A stretch of 64,000 nt of DNA. Origin: Candidatus Eiseniibacteriota bacterium (GTDB lineage: Bacteria; Eisenbacteria; RBG-16-71-46; JABDJR01). Where the stretch lies: assembly GCA_963762255.1 (NCBI GenBank), contig CAVXKA010000001.1:1504001-1568000 (forward strand). The letters run 5' to 3'. Below, one piece after another: positions 30,462 through 39,868 of the stretch (position 1 is the first letter of the stretch; each line of letters starts with the position of its first letter). The notes beneath the pieces are model-generated. The model had not been told where the DNA came from, searched no databases, and saw nothing but the letters and a program-made list of their open reading frames with translations. Position numbers and translations under genes: made by a program.

Positions 30462-32828
30462 TCATCGCTTCTGCTGCGGGTAGTCGTCTTCCGGTTCCCA
30501 GCGGGGCCGGAAGTCGTCGCCCCAGACGGGCGGTTGGTTACGGTCCCACAGATCGCGCGCCCGCTCGACCAGGCCGGCCAACTCTTCCGCGTCCGACGGC
30601 GAGCCCATCGCGTGGGCCGCGCTTCGCGCGAGACCCATCACCTTGCCGAGATCGCCGTCCTTGGCCCAGTAGGAGTGGCGCAGGATCTCGGCGAACTCCG
30701 CCGCCGCCGCGTCCATGCGGAAGCTGGCGTCGGCCTGCTCGATCCGACGCTTGATGTCCTTCACGCGAATCGTGCGCGCTTCCTCCACCACGCGCCCGCT
30801 CTCGGCGTCCTGGTAGCGGATGCGCACGGTGGCGAAATCGCCGCCCGCGTCCTTCTCGATCTTGGCTTCGAAGAGCGCCGTGACTTCGTGGCCCGCGCCC
30901 ACCTCACCCGCGTCCACCGCGTCGTTGCGGAAGTCGCGGTCGGCCACGTCGCGGTTCTCGTATCCGAGGAGACGGTAGCGGCGCACGTTGTCGGCGTCGA
31001 ACTCCACCTGGACCTTGGCGTCGCGCGCGATCGTCTGCAGCGTGCCGGTCAGGTTGTCCACGAAGACGCGGCGGGCCTCGGCGGGGTCATCGACATAGAA
31101 GTAGTTGCCGTCGCCCTTGTCGGCGAGCTGCTCCAGGAGGACGTCGTTGAAGTTGCCCATCCCCACGCCGATCGCGGTCATCTCGATGCCGCGACCCGCC
31201 TCGCGCTCGATCACAGCCAGGATGTCGTCGGCACCGGTAGCGCCGGTGTTGGCCACCCCGTCCGAGCAGAGGATCACGCGGTTGACGGCGCCGCGCTCGA
31301 AGGCGCGGGCGGCCATCGCGTAGCCCTGACGGAGGCCGTCCTCGGCGTTGGTGGAGCCGCCCGCCTGGAGCCGGACGATCGCGTCTTCGATGTCGCGCCG
31401 GTAGCGAACCGACGTGGTGGGGAGGACGACGCGGGCGCTCGTGCCGTAGGTCACGATGCCGACCTTGTCGTCACGATCGAGCTGGTCGAGCAGCATGCCG
31501 AGCGACCGCTTCACAAGCTCAAGCCGATCCTCGCGCTCCATGGAGCCCGAGCTGTCGATCACGAACGTGAGCACCACCGGCTTGCGCGCACGCGCATCGA
31601 TCTCGCGCCCCTTGAGCCCGACGCGCAGGAGAACGAGCCCCTCGCCGAACGGGGACGGCGCCGCCTCCAGATGGATGGCGAAGGTTCCGTGGTCGGATGG
31701 GGCCCACTTGCGATCGGCGACGACGTCGTGGCCGGGAGGCGCGTAGTTGTGGCCGATCGCGTTCACGAACTCCTCGACGCGCACTGCCTCCGCGGGCGGC
31801 AGATCGCCGCGCTCGAGATAGGAGCGCGTGACCGCATAGGACGCGTTGTCCACGTCCATGGCGAAGGTGGCGAAGCGATCCTCCTGCGGGTCCACGAACG
31901 GGTTCACGCCATAGTGCTGGAAGAACATCGCGTCGTAGGCCTGACCGTTGACGGGATCGGTGCCACCCACCGAGTTGGGCCAGCGCTCCTGGTCGGTCTT
32001 CTTGTCGCGGAGGGCGTCCATGGGCCAGCTTTGGGGCGGCATCGGCTTGCCGGGGGCGATGGACTCGGCGGTGAGCGGGACTCCTTCACGGGCGCCCGAC
32101 GGAGCGTTTCCGACGTAGGGAACGGCCTTCATCTGGTCCCTCGCCTCTTCCGACCGTCCGCCACGGGAGTGAACCTGGTTACCCTGGGTCACCACACCGC
32201 TCTTGAGGGCAACGGCTTCGCCGAACGAGTCCACCGGCAGGCTGTTGAGGTTCTCCGAGCCCGCCATTTGCCGGGACGCTGCGGGCACTTCCTCGATGGC
32301 GACCTTCACCGGCCGAGGCTCCATCGCGCGGCGCCGCGCCTCCGCCTTGGCTTCCGGGGAAAGTCCGCCGGAGATCTCGTCCTTGCGCTCGTTCCCTCGT
32401 GCGCCCGCCGCGGCATTCTGATCGAGGCCGTTGGCTGCGGATTGCTCACCCGGGTGAGCATTGGCTTCGCGGTCGGTCACCACGGATTGATCACCCGGGT
32501 GAGCATCCGACTCGGGCACATCCACTGCGCTCATCGTGCGTTCGCGGGTCGCGTCGAGCGTGGGCTCCGCGGACGGAGGCTGCGTCAAGTCGCCGGACGG
32601 CGCGAGCTCCTGCGCAAAACGGTCGGTGATCACGTTCTCCGCGGGGCCGCGCAGCGAAAGCACGACGACGAACACGCCGGCGCTGGCGACAGCCAGCGCG
32701 GCGCCGGGAATGGCCCAACGACGCCACGCGGGGCGTCGCTTGTCGATGGCGGTGAACATGGCCTCGCGCACGCGACGCTCCTCGGCGTCGGTCATGCGGT
32801 CCTGATGGCGATCGAAGATCTCTTTCAT
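30462..32828 (-). CDS. Membrane-anchored vWA domain protein (YfbK-like) with anti-sigma-like N-terminus
   Basis: ATG 32828 overlaps the sigma stop (ATGA). Short cytoplasmic N-terminus, one TM helix, MIDAS DSSGSM, VILCSDGVAN and YRLLGYENR. Confidence 0.88.
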   Translation of the reverse strand: MKEIFDRHQDRMTDAEERRVREAMFTAIDKRRPAWRRWAIPGAALAVASAGVFVVVLSLRGPAENVITDRFAQELAPSGDLTQPPSAEPTLDATRERTMSAVDVPESDAHPGDQSVVTDREANAHPGEQSAANGLDQNAAAGARGNERKDEISGGLSPEAKAEARRRAMEPRPVKVAIEEVPAASRQMAGSENLNSLPVDSFGEAVALKSGVVTQGNQVHSRGGRSEEARDQMKAVPYVGNAPSGAREGVPLTAESIAPGKPMPPQSWPMDALRDKKTDQERWPNSVGGTDPVNGQAYDAMFFQHYGVNPFVDPQEDRFATFAMDVDNASYAVTRSYLERGDLPPAEAVRVEEFVNAIGHNYAPPGHDVVADRKWAPSDHGTFAIHLEAAPSPFGEGLVLLRVGLKGREIDARARKPVVLTFVIDSSGSMEREDRLELVKRSLGMLLDQLDRDDKVGIVTYGTSARVVLPTTSVRYRRDIEDAIVRLQAGGSTNAEDGLRQGYAMAARAFERGAVNRVILCSDGVANTGATGADDILAVIEREAGRGIEMTAIGVGMGNFNDVLLEQLADKGDGNYFYVDDPAEARRVFVDNLTGTLQTIARDAKVQVEFDADNVRRYRLLGYENRDVADRDFRNDAVDAGEVGAGHEVTALFEAKIEKDAGGDFATVRIRYQDAESGRVVEEARTIRVKDIKRRIEQADASFRMDAAAAEFAEILRHSYWAKDGDLGKVMGLARSAAHAMGSPSDAEELAGLVERARDLWDRNQPPVWGDDFRPRWEPEDDYPQQKR

Positions 32829-33406
32829 AGTCTCTGCTCCTGAAGCTGCGAAGCGGCGACGGTGGCGGAGGGGGCCTCGAGCTGCGCGCGCAACGATTCG
32901 CGTCCGCGGAACGCATGCACGCGCGCGGTGGCCTCGCTCACGCCAAGGATTTCGCCTACTTCGCGGAAGGAATACCCCATCCATTCGTGGAGGAGGACCG
33001 CGCCGCGCTGCCGCTCGGGCAATCGGGCCAAGGCCTGCCGCAGCCGGATGCCCTCTTCTGGATTCGGCTGGGGAAGGCCCTCGCGACGAGGCGGGTCGCC
33101 CTCCAACGTGTCGGTGCGCTTGAACCGTCCGAGGAATCGGCGCTTCCAATCCTGGGCGCGGCGAACGGCGATGCCGACGAGCCATGACTCGAGGCTGCCG
33201 TCGCCGCGATACCGATCGATGCCCTGGACCGCGCTCACGTAGGTTTCCTGGAGCACGTCCCGAGCTTCGTCGCGATTGCCCAAGTGATAGGCGAGCAGTC
33301 CGAAGAGCCGTTCGTGGGTGGCGGAGTAGATGTTCCGCCAGGCTTCTTCATCACCGCTCGCCGCGCGTCGCGCCAGCTCGAGGTCGGGATGTCCATCTTG
33401 ACTCAT
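32825..33406 (-). CDS. ECF RNA polymerase sigma factor
   Basis: Region 2 EARDVLQETY..WLVGIA and region 4 LPERQR..GYSFREVGEILGVSEAT. Confidence 0.92.
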   Translation of the reverse strand: MSQDGHPDLELARRAASGDEEAWRNIYSATHERLFGLLAYHLGNRDEARDVLQETYVSAVQGIDRYRGDGSLESWLVGIAVRRAQDWKRRFLGRFKRTDTLEGDPPRREGLPQPNPEEGIRLRQALARLPERQRGAVLLHEWMGYSFREVGEILGVSEATARVHAFRGRESLRAQLEAPSATVAASQLQEQRL

Positions 33407-33715
33407 CCGCTCATCTCCCTGCCGCGCGCCGATTACCCGTCCCGGCGCTTCCGGCGATCAATGCAGGAGTCGCCCGGGGGATGGGATTCGTTTACGGAGG
33501 CTACGTGCCTCTTTATACCCCTTGTGGGGACCGGGGACATCGGGTTGTTTGGGTCGAGGGGCCAACCCATTGACATGGAGCGGGTTGACCGAGGACGGCC
33601 GAGCGCGCAGGGGCTCCTCTGGCTCGTTGGGCGATGGACCGCGGGTGCGCGTTCGGGCCGTCCGGGCCTAGACTTGGGGCCCCGCCCGGCTTACCCCGTC
33701 GCTATGTGATCTTCA

Positions 33716-34153
33716 ATGGCAAGTGCCATCCGCGCGAAGCGGCCGCAGCGACTGCCGGTGGTGCTGACTCGGCGAGAGGTGCGCGAGTTGCTGGGCCGAC
33801 TGCGGGGAACGACGTGGCTCATGGCGTCGCTCCTGTATGGGTCGGGTACACCTTGCGCAGGTGCGGCGTCCACGAGACGGATCTTCGCGGCGGGCTGGGC
33901 ACGGTGGAACTCCCCGATGCGATTGCGCAGAAGCATCCCAACGCGGCGCGGGAGGCGGGGATCGCGAAGCCCGCGAGCTGCCACACGCTCCGGCATTCGT
34001 TTGCCACGCACCTTCTTGAGGCCGGGCAGGACATCCGGACGATTCAGGAGTTGCTCGGGCACCGCGACGTGAGCACGACCATGATCTACACGCATGTTCT
34101 CAACCGGGGGGGGGGGGCTGGGAGTGCGGAGTCCGCTGGACGAGGGGAAGTGA
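33716..34153 (+). pseudogene. intI: Integron integrase remnant with N-terminal loss and two internal deletions
   Basis: Ordered IntI fragments: [27 protein letters not shown], then [28 protein letters not shown] (IntI-specific insert), then [53 protein letters not shown] and GVRSPLD. The box I LR..E segment is missing. Confidence 0.92.
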
Positions 34154-34279
34154 GGGGGCGCGCGATGCCGACGGTGCTTGTCATGTTTATCGCGCCACAT
34201 GGGCGGGCGGCGCAGGCTAACCGGCAAGCGGTCAGACCGGGAACCGCCGGGATTTCGAGGGATCCACCCGCGCAGGTGC

Positions 34280-34340
34280 GGGGCTATACTGAACAAGGAT
34301 ATCGACCCAGTTAAGGAGTTCTGTCCAATTCACGTTAGAC
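34280..34340 (+). mobile_element. Putative attI site (crossover G/TT at 34334) with upstream TATACT (-10-like, possible Pc)
   Basis: GTTAGAC at 34334-34340 has no upstream attC hairpin and is the exact complement of GTCTAAC ending cassette 1. Confidence 0.7.
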
Positions 34341-34374
34341 GCTCACTGAATCCAACACAGGGAGGGGAGAGGCG

Positions 34375-34680
34375 ATGGAATACCGGATCTCTCGGGTCTC
34401 AGTAGGCCAATTGACGAAGCTCTCCTGTGTGCTCTATGCGTGCATGGGAGTCATCTTCATACCGATCTTCATTGTCATGAGTCTGGTCGACCCAGAGGTG
34501 GGAATCTTTGGTATTGGGTTTGCGCTGGTCATGCCGGTCATCTACGCTGCGTTGGGTGCCTTGACTGGGACACTAGGCGCCGTGCTGTACAACTGGGCCG
34601 CAGGAATGTTCGGGGGCGTCGAACTCAATCTCGACGTGGCAGCCCCCGCACTCGCTGCGACTCAGCAGACAGCGAAGTAG
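34375..34680 (+). CDS. Cassette 1: small membrane protein (DUF3566-like)
   Basis: Two hydrophobic helices ending YNWAAGMFGGVEL; strong RBS. Confidence 0.65.
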   Translation: MEYRISRVSVGQLTKLSCVLYACMGVIFIPIFIVMSLVDPEVGIFGIGFALVMPVIYAALGALTGTLGAVLYNWAAGMFGGVELNLDVAAPALAATQQTAK

Positions 34681-34876
34681 GCGTGGTAGGCGAGAAGATG
34701 CTGGAACACCTGCTTGGTCGCAAGATCCGCCCAGAGATCGGGGTGATTCTGCGCCTGCTCCGAGAAGCAGGATCAGGCTAGGCAGGCCATTTGAGAAGGA
34801 CGAGCAGTGTCGGCAGCCGATCTAGGGCCGGGAGGCTCTAGCACGGATCTTAGAGATGATCAGAACGAAAGAGGAC

Positions 34877-34977
34877 GTCTAACCAGCCGCTGCAGCCGCC
34901 GCCCGCTCCTGGGGGTAGGATAGGGCTTTGAAAGGTGTCGGTCGTCGCGGGCGCGGCTGACCGGCAGCACGTTGGAC
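34877..34977 (+). repeat. attC1 (main family)
   Basis: GTCTAAC...GTTGGAC. Confidence 0.93.
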
Positions 34978-34994
34978 AGACTAGGGGAGCGACG

Positions 34995-35603
34995 ATGGAG
35001 GCTGCACTAGCAAGCTGGCTCGGCTTGGTCTTGGCTGAGGCGACCAAGCAGGTCACCTCGCAGGCGACCTCGGGCATCGTGTCGCGGATTCGCAAGCTCG
35101 TCGCAAGCCGTCTTGGCTCGGAACCGAACGCGACTCAAGGGTCGCCGCAGCGGCATCACCGATCTCGTTAGCAGGACGAGGCAATCCCTGCCGCGCTCGA
35201 GGAACTCGTCGGCCAATCCCCGGTGCTTCGAAGGTTGAGTCGCGCGCTCGATCTGCTCGAGGGCGCCTGTGTTCTGTGGGTCGACGACCATCCAGAATGG
35301 AACTCGTGGGAGATGGCGTGTCTTGAGTCTGCGGGCGTGCGCGTGCGCACGGTTGAGACGACGCGATCCGCTCTCGCAATGGTAGCGGATGGCTACGACA
35401 CCATCGTGTCTGATATTCGCCGTGGCGATGAGCCGGACGCGGGGCTCAATAGGGCGCGTCACGCCGTCGCTCACGGTCGAAGGAGCCGAAAGGACCCGCA
35501 GGTGAACCGGAAGACGGTAGGGCGGTGGGAAGTGCTTGTTCAAGGCATCGTGCATGAGGTGGAGTGCATCCTGGAGGCGGAGTGCGGTACGCGCCGGGTG
35601 TAA
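34995..35603 (+). pseudogene. Cassette 2: frameshifted receiver-domain gene fused to an unrelated 3' fragment
   Basis: VLWVDDHP..YDTIVSDIRRG (REC-like) is truncated and followed by RARHAVAHG. The cassette end boxes do not match. Confidence 0.6.
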
Positions 35604-35607
35604 GGTC

Positions 35608-35708
35608 ACCTAACGGGCCGCTGCAGCCGCCGCCCGCTCCTGGGAGTGGGATAGGGCTTTGAAGGGTGCCGGATGTCGCGAGCGCGGCTGACCGGCAACA
35701 CGTTAGCC
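35608..35708 (+). repeat. attC2 (main family)
   Basis: ACCTAAC...GTTAGCC. Confidence 0.93.
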
Positions 35709-35724
35709 GGACAGGAATGGAGCT

Positions 35725-36078
35725 ATGAAGCAGAAGAAGCTCCAGAGCGTCGCCCATAACACAATGGACCACGCCGTCAGCGGTTTGGGTTTTCTCACTC
35801 CGCATGTCGTCGAGTTCTTCAGCGTTTCCGGCCAGCGGAAGCTCTCGGTTAATCTCCTTGCCGATGATCCGGTTGCAGGCAGCGGTCCACTCTCGCAGCC
35901 GCTCACGGTGGCAGCGCAATCCTGTCGACGAGATTCCTTGAGATCCTTGCCAGCGAGGGCTTCAGCCCGGCCATTCTCATGGCGGCCCGGCTCGAATTTG
36001 CTGACCTCGATGGTGCCGATTTCACATGCGAATGCGTGCTGGAATCCGAGCAAGGCGGGCGCTATAGCGCCTCAATGA
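35725..36078 (+). CDS. Cassette 3: hypothetical protein (may be frameshifted distally)
   Basis: ATG after GGAG directly after attC2. Confidence 0.5.
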   Translation: MKQKKLQSVAHNTMDHAVSGLGFLTPHVVEFFSVSGQRKLSVNLLADDPVAGSGPLSQPLTVAAQSCRRDSLRSLPARASARPFSWRPGSNLLTSMVPISHANACWNPSKAGAIAPQ

Positions 36079-36146
36079 ACTCCAAGACCTATTGGATGCA
36101 TGCACGCCAGGATCCGTGGGAGGCAATTCGGAGACTTCGGGGCGCC

Positions 36147-36247
36147 GGCTAACAAGCCGCTGCAGCCGCCGCCCGCTCCTGGGAGTGGGATAGGGCTTTG
36201 AAGGGTGCCGGATGTCGCGAGCGCGGCTGACCGGCAACACGTTAGGC
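36147..36247 (+). repeat. attC3 (main family)
   Basis: GGCTAAC...GTTAGGC. A 90-bp core is identical to attC2. Confidence 0.93.
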
Positions 36248-36274
36248 GTCACGGAACGATCGGGGGATCTCGAA

Positions 36275-36823
36275 ATGATGAATGACGTCCAAATTCATTC
36301 AGTCCGAATGCAGGTGCCGCCACGTGTGCGAATCGGTGGCTTGGGGAGGGGGGAGTTGCTCGAAGCGCTGCACTCGCACGGTGTCATGCTCAATCCCATC
36401 GGAGTCGAACTGTTCCAACATCCTGGATTCACCACCAAGGCGACAAGCAAGACAGTGGAGATCGCTTGTGTTTCGGTTGCGGCGCTCGGCTTCTCAGGCG
36501 GAGGGATCTACCAAGACATTGTTCAAGCAGCGATGCGACGTCGGCTGGTCGAGTGCCCTCTTGAGCTGGGGCCGCACTTGCGGATTGCCTACCTTCATCA
36601 AGCAGAGGGCTCGATCGGCTGTGCGCCTACGCAGAACAAGGCGCCTTCTGGCTCCATCACAGTGGCGTCGCCCCCACTAGACAACGACGACACTACGCCT
36701 AAGGGGTTCTATCTTCGACGCATAGAGGGCGTCTTGTGGCTCAGGGGCTTCACGTCCTGGTCGGGGCACGTATGGAGTGCCGAGGACGTTTTCGTCTTTG
36801 CGAGGCACAGTGGTGAAGCCTAA
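36275..36823 (+). CDS. Cassette 4: conserved hypothetical protein
   Basis: Motifs CPLELGPHLR and PKGFYLRRIEGVLWLRG. Stop TAA lies inside the attC end box. Confidence 0.7.
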   Translation: MMNDVQIHSVRMQVPPRVRIGGLGRGELLEALHSHGVMLNPIGVELFQHPGFTTKATSKTVEIACVSVAALGFSGGGIYQDIVQAAMRRRLVECPLELGPHLRIAYLHQAEGSIGCAPTQNKAPSGSITVASPPLDNDDTTPKGFYLRRIEGVLWLRGFTSWSGHVWSAEDVFVFARHSGEA

Positions 36824-36886
36824 CCTCTCCATCGAGCGGATACGCCCCGGCAGGCCGGGCCGTGCCGCTCATGTCGAACATTAGGT
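36818..36886 (+). repeat. attC4 (short, different family; GTT mutated to ATT)
   Basis: GCCTAAC...GAGCGG..CCCGGCAGGCCGGG..CCGCTC...ATTAGGT. Confidence 0.85.
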
Positions 36887-36894
36887 TGAAGACT

Positions 36895-37377
36895 ATGGTA
36901 GGAAAGACGTTTCTCGTGTTGCTGGCCTTCACCGTCTTGGGGTGTGGGGACTCGACTTCTCCTTGCCACTCTGATCTCGCATTCCCACCCAAGCACCCAG
37001 AGCGGGTCACGGTCTCCCAGGGGGTTTGGGGCCTTGTTGCTTTTTGGGAAGGTGATTTCATGCCGCACTGCCTGTCAGGCACGATCACTCCTGTCGGCCG
37101 GGAGATGCGGATCCATGCGCTCACCCGGCCAGATCAAGTTGAGGGGGTGGGGCCCTTCTTCTCGGAAGTACGGACGCCGGAAGTGGCTAGGGTCTGGTCA
37201 GACGCAGATGGCTTCTTCCAGGCTGCGCTTGCGCCAGGTAAGTACAGTCTGTTCTCGGTAGAGGACACGGCCCTGTATGCGAATCGTTTGTCCTCGGGTG
37301 CTTTGTGTCCCTTCACCGTGTCGCCAGACACGGTGATCGCGGTGACTTTTGACATCACCTGGGGTGCGAACTACTGA
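36895..37377 (+). CDS. Cassette 5: putative lipoprotein
   Basis: Lipobox VLGC; SDADGFFQAALAPGKYSL. Confidence 0.7.
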   Translation: MVGKTFLVLLAFTVLGCGDSTSPCHSDLAFPPKHPERVTVSQGVWGLVAFWEGDFMPHCLSGTITPVGREMRIHALTRPDQVEGVGPFFSEVRTPEVARVWSDADGFFQAALAPGKYSLFSVEDTALYANRLSSGALCPFTVSPDTVIAVTFDITWGANY

Positions 37378-37383
37378 GATTCA

Positions 37384-37484
37384 ACCTACCGGGCCGCTAC
37401 AGCCGCCGCCTGCTCCTGGGAGTAGGATAGGGCTTTGAAAGGCTCCGGTGGTCGCGGGCGCGGCTGACCGGCAGCACGTTAGAC
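37384..37484 (+). repeat. attC5 (main family; AAC mutated to ACC)
   Basis: ACCTACC...GTTAGAC. Confidence 0.9.
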
Positions 37485-37507
37485 AGATTGGAGGATTCAG
37501 AGTGAAC

Positions 37508-38191
37508 ATGCAGCGGGTTCTGCTGGCCGTGCTAGGTACTCACGTGATGATCTTCTCTCTGCTGGTTGCCCCAACGGAGTGCGTCGCTGAAGACCCAGGA
37601 CGGGCCGATCCCCTGCAGAAGGGTGCGTGGGCCATTCAGTTCGGAATCACGTCTGACTTCACCTTGAATTCGTTCAGCGGCGGCATCATGTCCATGAAAC
37701 GCCACTTCTCCTCGCGTTCGGCATTACGCGGCGGGCTCAGCGGATCGCTGGAGAGTCTCGATGGGGTATCCCAGTGGTCCGATCCGGACACAACGGCCAG
37801 TGAGGATACCGATCGGGACGCAGCCGGTCTTGGGATTGAACTCCAGTACCTGTACTACTCGCGACCCATCAATGGGTTGAGTCTCTACTGGGGGACCGGA
37901 CCTTCCTATCGGACGAATCGCGACGAGTCCGGGTATTCAGCGGACGGTAGGGAGAGTAGGCGTACCAGACACCAGTGGTCGCTTGGCCTCCTCAACTCGC
38001 TGGGCGTGGAGTGGTTCCCCGCGAAGTTCGTCGGGATACACGCGGAGTACGGGCTTGCGCTGGAATATGTCTCCCAATCGACCGAGGACAATTACCTGAC
38101 AGAGTTGGGGCGAGCGCTGCGGAACTCTGAACTTGACGGGTGGCGAGTGGATGATCGCCCGGTGAGGTTTGGAGTCAGTGTCTACTTCTAG
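37508..38191 (+). CDS. Cassette 6: putative outer-membrane beta-barrel protein
   Basis: Signal peptide, amphipathic strands and terminal FGVSVYF. Confidence 0.7.
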   Translation: MQRVLLAVLGTHVMIFSLLVAPTECVAEDPGRADPLQKGAWAIQFGITSDFTLNSFSGGIMSMKRHFSSRSALRGGLSGSLESLDGVSQWSDPDTTASEDTDRDAAGLGIELQYLYYSRPINGLSLYWGTGPSYRTNRDESGYSADGRESRRTRHQWSLGLLNSLGVEWFPAKFVGIHAEYGLALEYVSQSTEDNYLTELGRALRNSELDGWRVDDRPVRFGVSVYF

Positions 38192-38197
38192 ACCACA

Positions 38198-38299
38198 GTC
38201 TAACGGGCCGCTGCAGCCGCCGCCCGCTCCTGGGGAGTAGGATACGGCTTTGGAGGGCGCTGGTGGTCGCGGGCGCGGCTGACCGGCGGCACGTTAGCT
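38198..38299 (+). repeat. attC6 (main family)
   Basis: GTCTAAC...GTTAGCT. Confidence 0.93.
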
Positions 38300-38316
38300 T
38301 GCTGGGTGAGGGGTTT

Positions 38317-39099
38317 ATGAGACTGCGATTTGAGCGGCTGGCGTTGTGGGCTTCTTGCGGGGTACTCGTTGCGCTCCTATCCCCAGTGCGTCTAGCGCGT
38401 GCGAATGGGCCCGAGATCGGAAGAGATGCTGGGGCCATTTTCCCGCTAGAGAGCCCTGCGGTGCAATTGGTCTATGAACACATTACTGCGACTCTGCCGC
38501 CGCAGGGATACGAGTACGATCCAGGCTCCGTCGTCTGCATCTACGGGCTCCGGAATCTCACGGACCAGGCAGTTACGTTCGAGATGTCATTCGTGACCAA
38601 CATTCCCGGACGTTTCCCCGGAGTCGTCGCGGATCAGTACAGGAGAGCGAAGTTCACAGCACAGTTGAAAGGGGCTGATCTTCCCGTAGGAATCGCTCCG
38701 GCAGACTCCGCGAAATGGGTTCCGTTCTTCGGAGTGCCGGTGGATTCCCTACCCGTGTGGACGATCGAGCTGGGGCCACGAGAGGAAGCCACCCTGAGAG
38801 TCTCGTATCTCGCGGAGTGGTCAGGCGGCGCGGATGGTGATCATTGGACGCGCTACTTTGAGTACCTGGCTACCGCAGCCTCGCTTTGGGCCGGGCCAAT
38901 CGAGCACGCAAGGGTGGAGTTTGTCCTGGGTGATCTCTTCGTAGCTGCGCTGAAGGAGATGGGGGAGGGAAGCGATCGCTTCCAGGTCCAGATCGAGCCG
39001 GCCGATGGCAAGTGGTCGTGGAACGGCGTCGTGTGGGAACGAGCGAACTGGGAGCCAGATGAAGACTTCCGACTCAGCTTTGATGGGAACGACCGGTAA
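38317..39099 (+). CDS. Cassette 7: secreted protein (DUF4424-like)
   Basis: Signal peptide ending ARA-N; motifs YLATAASLWAGPI and NWEPDED. Confidence 0.6.
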   Translation: MRLRFERLALWASCGVLVALLSPVRLARANGPEIGRDAGAIFPLESPAVQLVYEHITATLPPQGYEYDPGSVVCIYGLRNLTDQAVTFEMSFVTNIPGRFPGVVADQYRRAKFTAQLKGADLPVGIAPADSAKWVPFFGVPVDSLPVWTIELGPREEATLRVSYLAEWSGGADGDHWTRYFEYLATAASLWAGPIEHARVEFVLGDLFVAALKEMGEGSDRFQVQIEPADGKWSWNGVVWERANWEPDEDFRLSFDGNDR

Positions 39100-39113
39100 C
39101 CATGTGGTAAACA

Positions 39114-39215
39114 AGCTAACGGGCCGCTTCAGCCGCCGCCCGCTCCCGGGGAGTAGGATAGGGCCTTAAAAGGTGTCGGTCGTCGCGGGCACGGCTGACC
39201 GGCAGCACGTTAGGT
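39114..39215 (+). repeat. attC7 (main family)
   Basis: AGCTAAC...GTTAGGT. Confidence 0.93.
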
Positions 39216-39244
39216 TCACGGTTCCCGGGCTGGGGGAAATCGAC

Positions 39245-39727
39245 ATGGTCAGACTGATTTGTCTCGTGTCACTCCTTGCTCTACTCGGCTGTGCTGAGGA
39301 CAAAGTTACACAACCAGGGCCCGTCGGCTTCACCGCAATCGCTGATACCTCGTTCTCCGATTCGAATGTCCGCCTGGCTCTTTCGGTATCTCGCCAAGGT
39401 ACCTTGATCTATCTGGAGGTCGTCGCGTCCAACGAAAGCGCTCAGCTCCTCCGTTACGATGCGGGAGGTTGTGGATGTCCGGCACCAGGTCTCGGGCTGC
39501 ACGGCGAGGAGGGAGCAATCTGCTGGCAGCCGAGACCTCTCTGCCCATGCTGGGAGGAGATTCTCGAGTTCAGACCTGATGGGAGTGTTGGGAGGGCATC
39601 GTTGTTTCAGCTATGTCTTGAATCCCCGGGTCAGTATGTAGCTACAGCTGGCCTCTGGTACTGGTCGGGCGTGGGCCCGGAATGGGAACACCATTCGATT
39701 GAGGTTTCACTCCCCGTCACGCTATGA
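39245..39727 (+). CDS. Cassette 8: putative lipoprotein, Cys-rich
   Basis: Lipobox LLGC; GCGCP and CPC motifs. Confidence 0.7.
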   Translation: MVRLICLVSLLALLGCAEDKVTQPGPVGFTAIADTSFSDSNVRLALSVSRQGTLIYLEVVASNESAQLLRYDAGGCGCPAPGLGLHGEEGAICWQPRPLCPCWEEILEFRPDGSVGRASLFQLCLESPGQYVATAGLWYWSGVGPEWEHHSIEVSLPVTL

Positions 39728-39745
39728 GTCTCGATGAGGGGCGGA

Positions 39746-39847
39746 ACCTAACGGGCCGCTGCAGCCGCCACCCGCTCCTGGGGAGTAGGATAGGGCTTTG
39801 AAGGGCGCCGGTCGTCGCGGGCGCGGCGGACCGGCAGCACGTTAGGT
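39746..39847 (+). repeat. attC8 (main family)
   Basis: ACCTAAC...GTTAGGT. Confidence 0.93.
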
Positions 39848-39868
39848 TGACAGACGGGGAGGTTAGCG

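Noticed and set aside
34106-34117. Poly-G tract in intI as a phase-variation switch
   Set aside because: It lies at the extreme 3' end of an already deleted gene, and homopolymer length is unreliable in this assembly.
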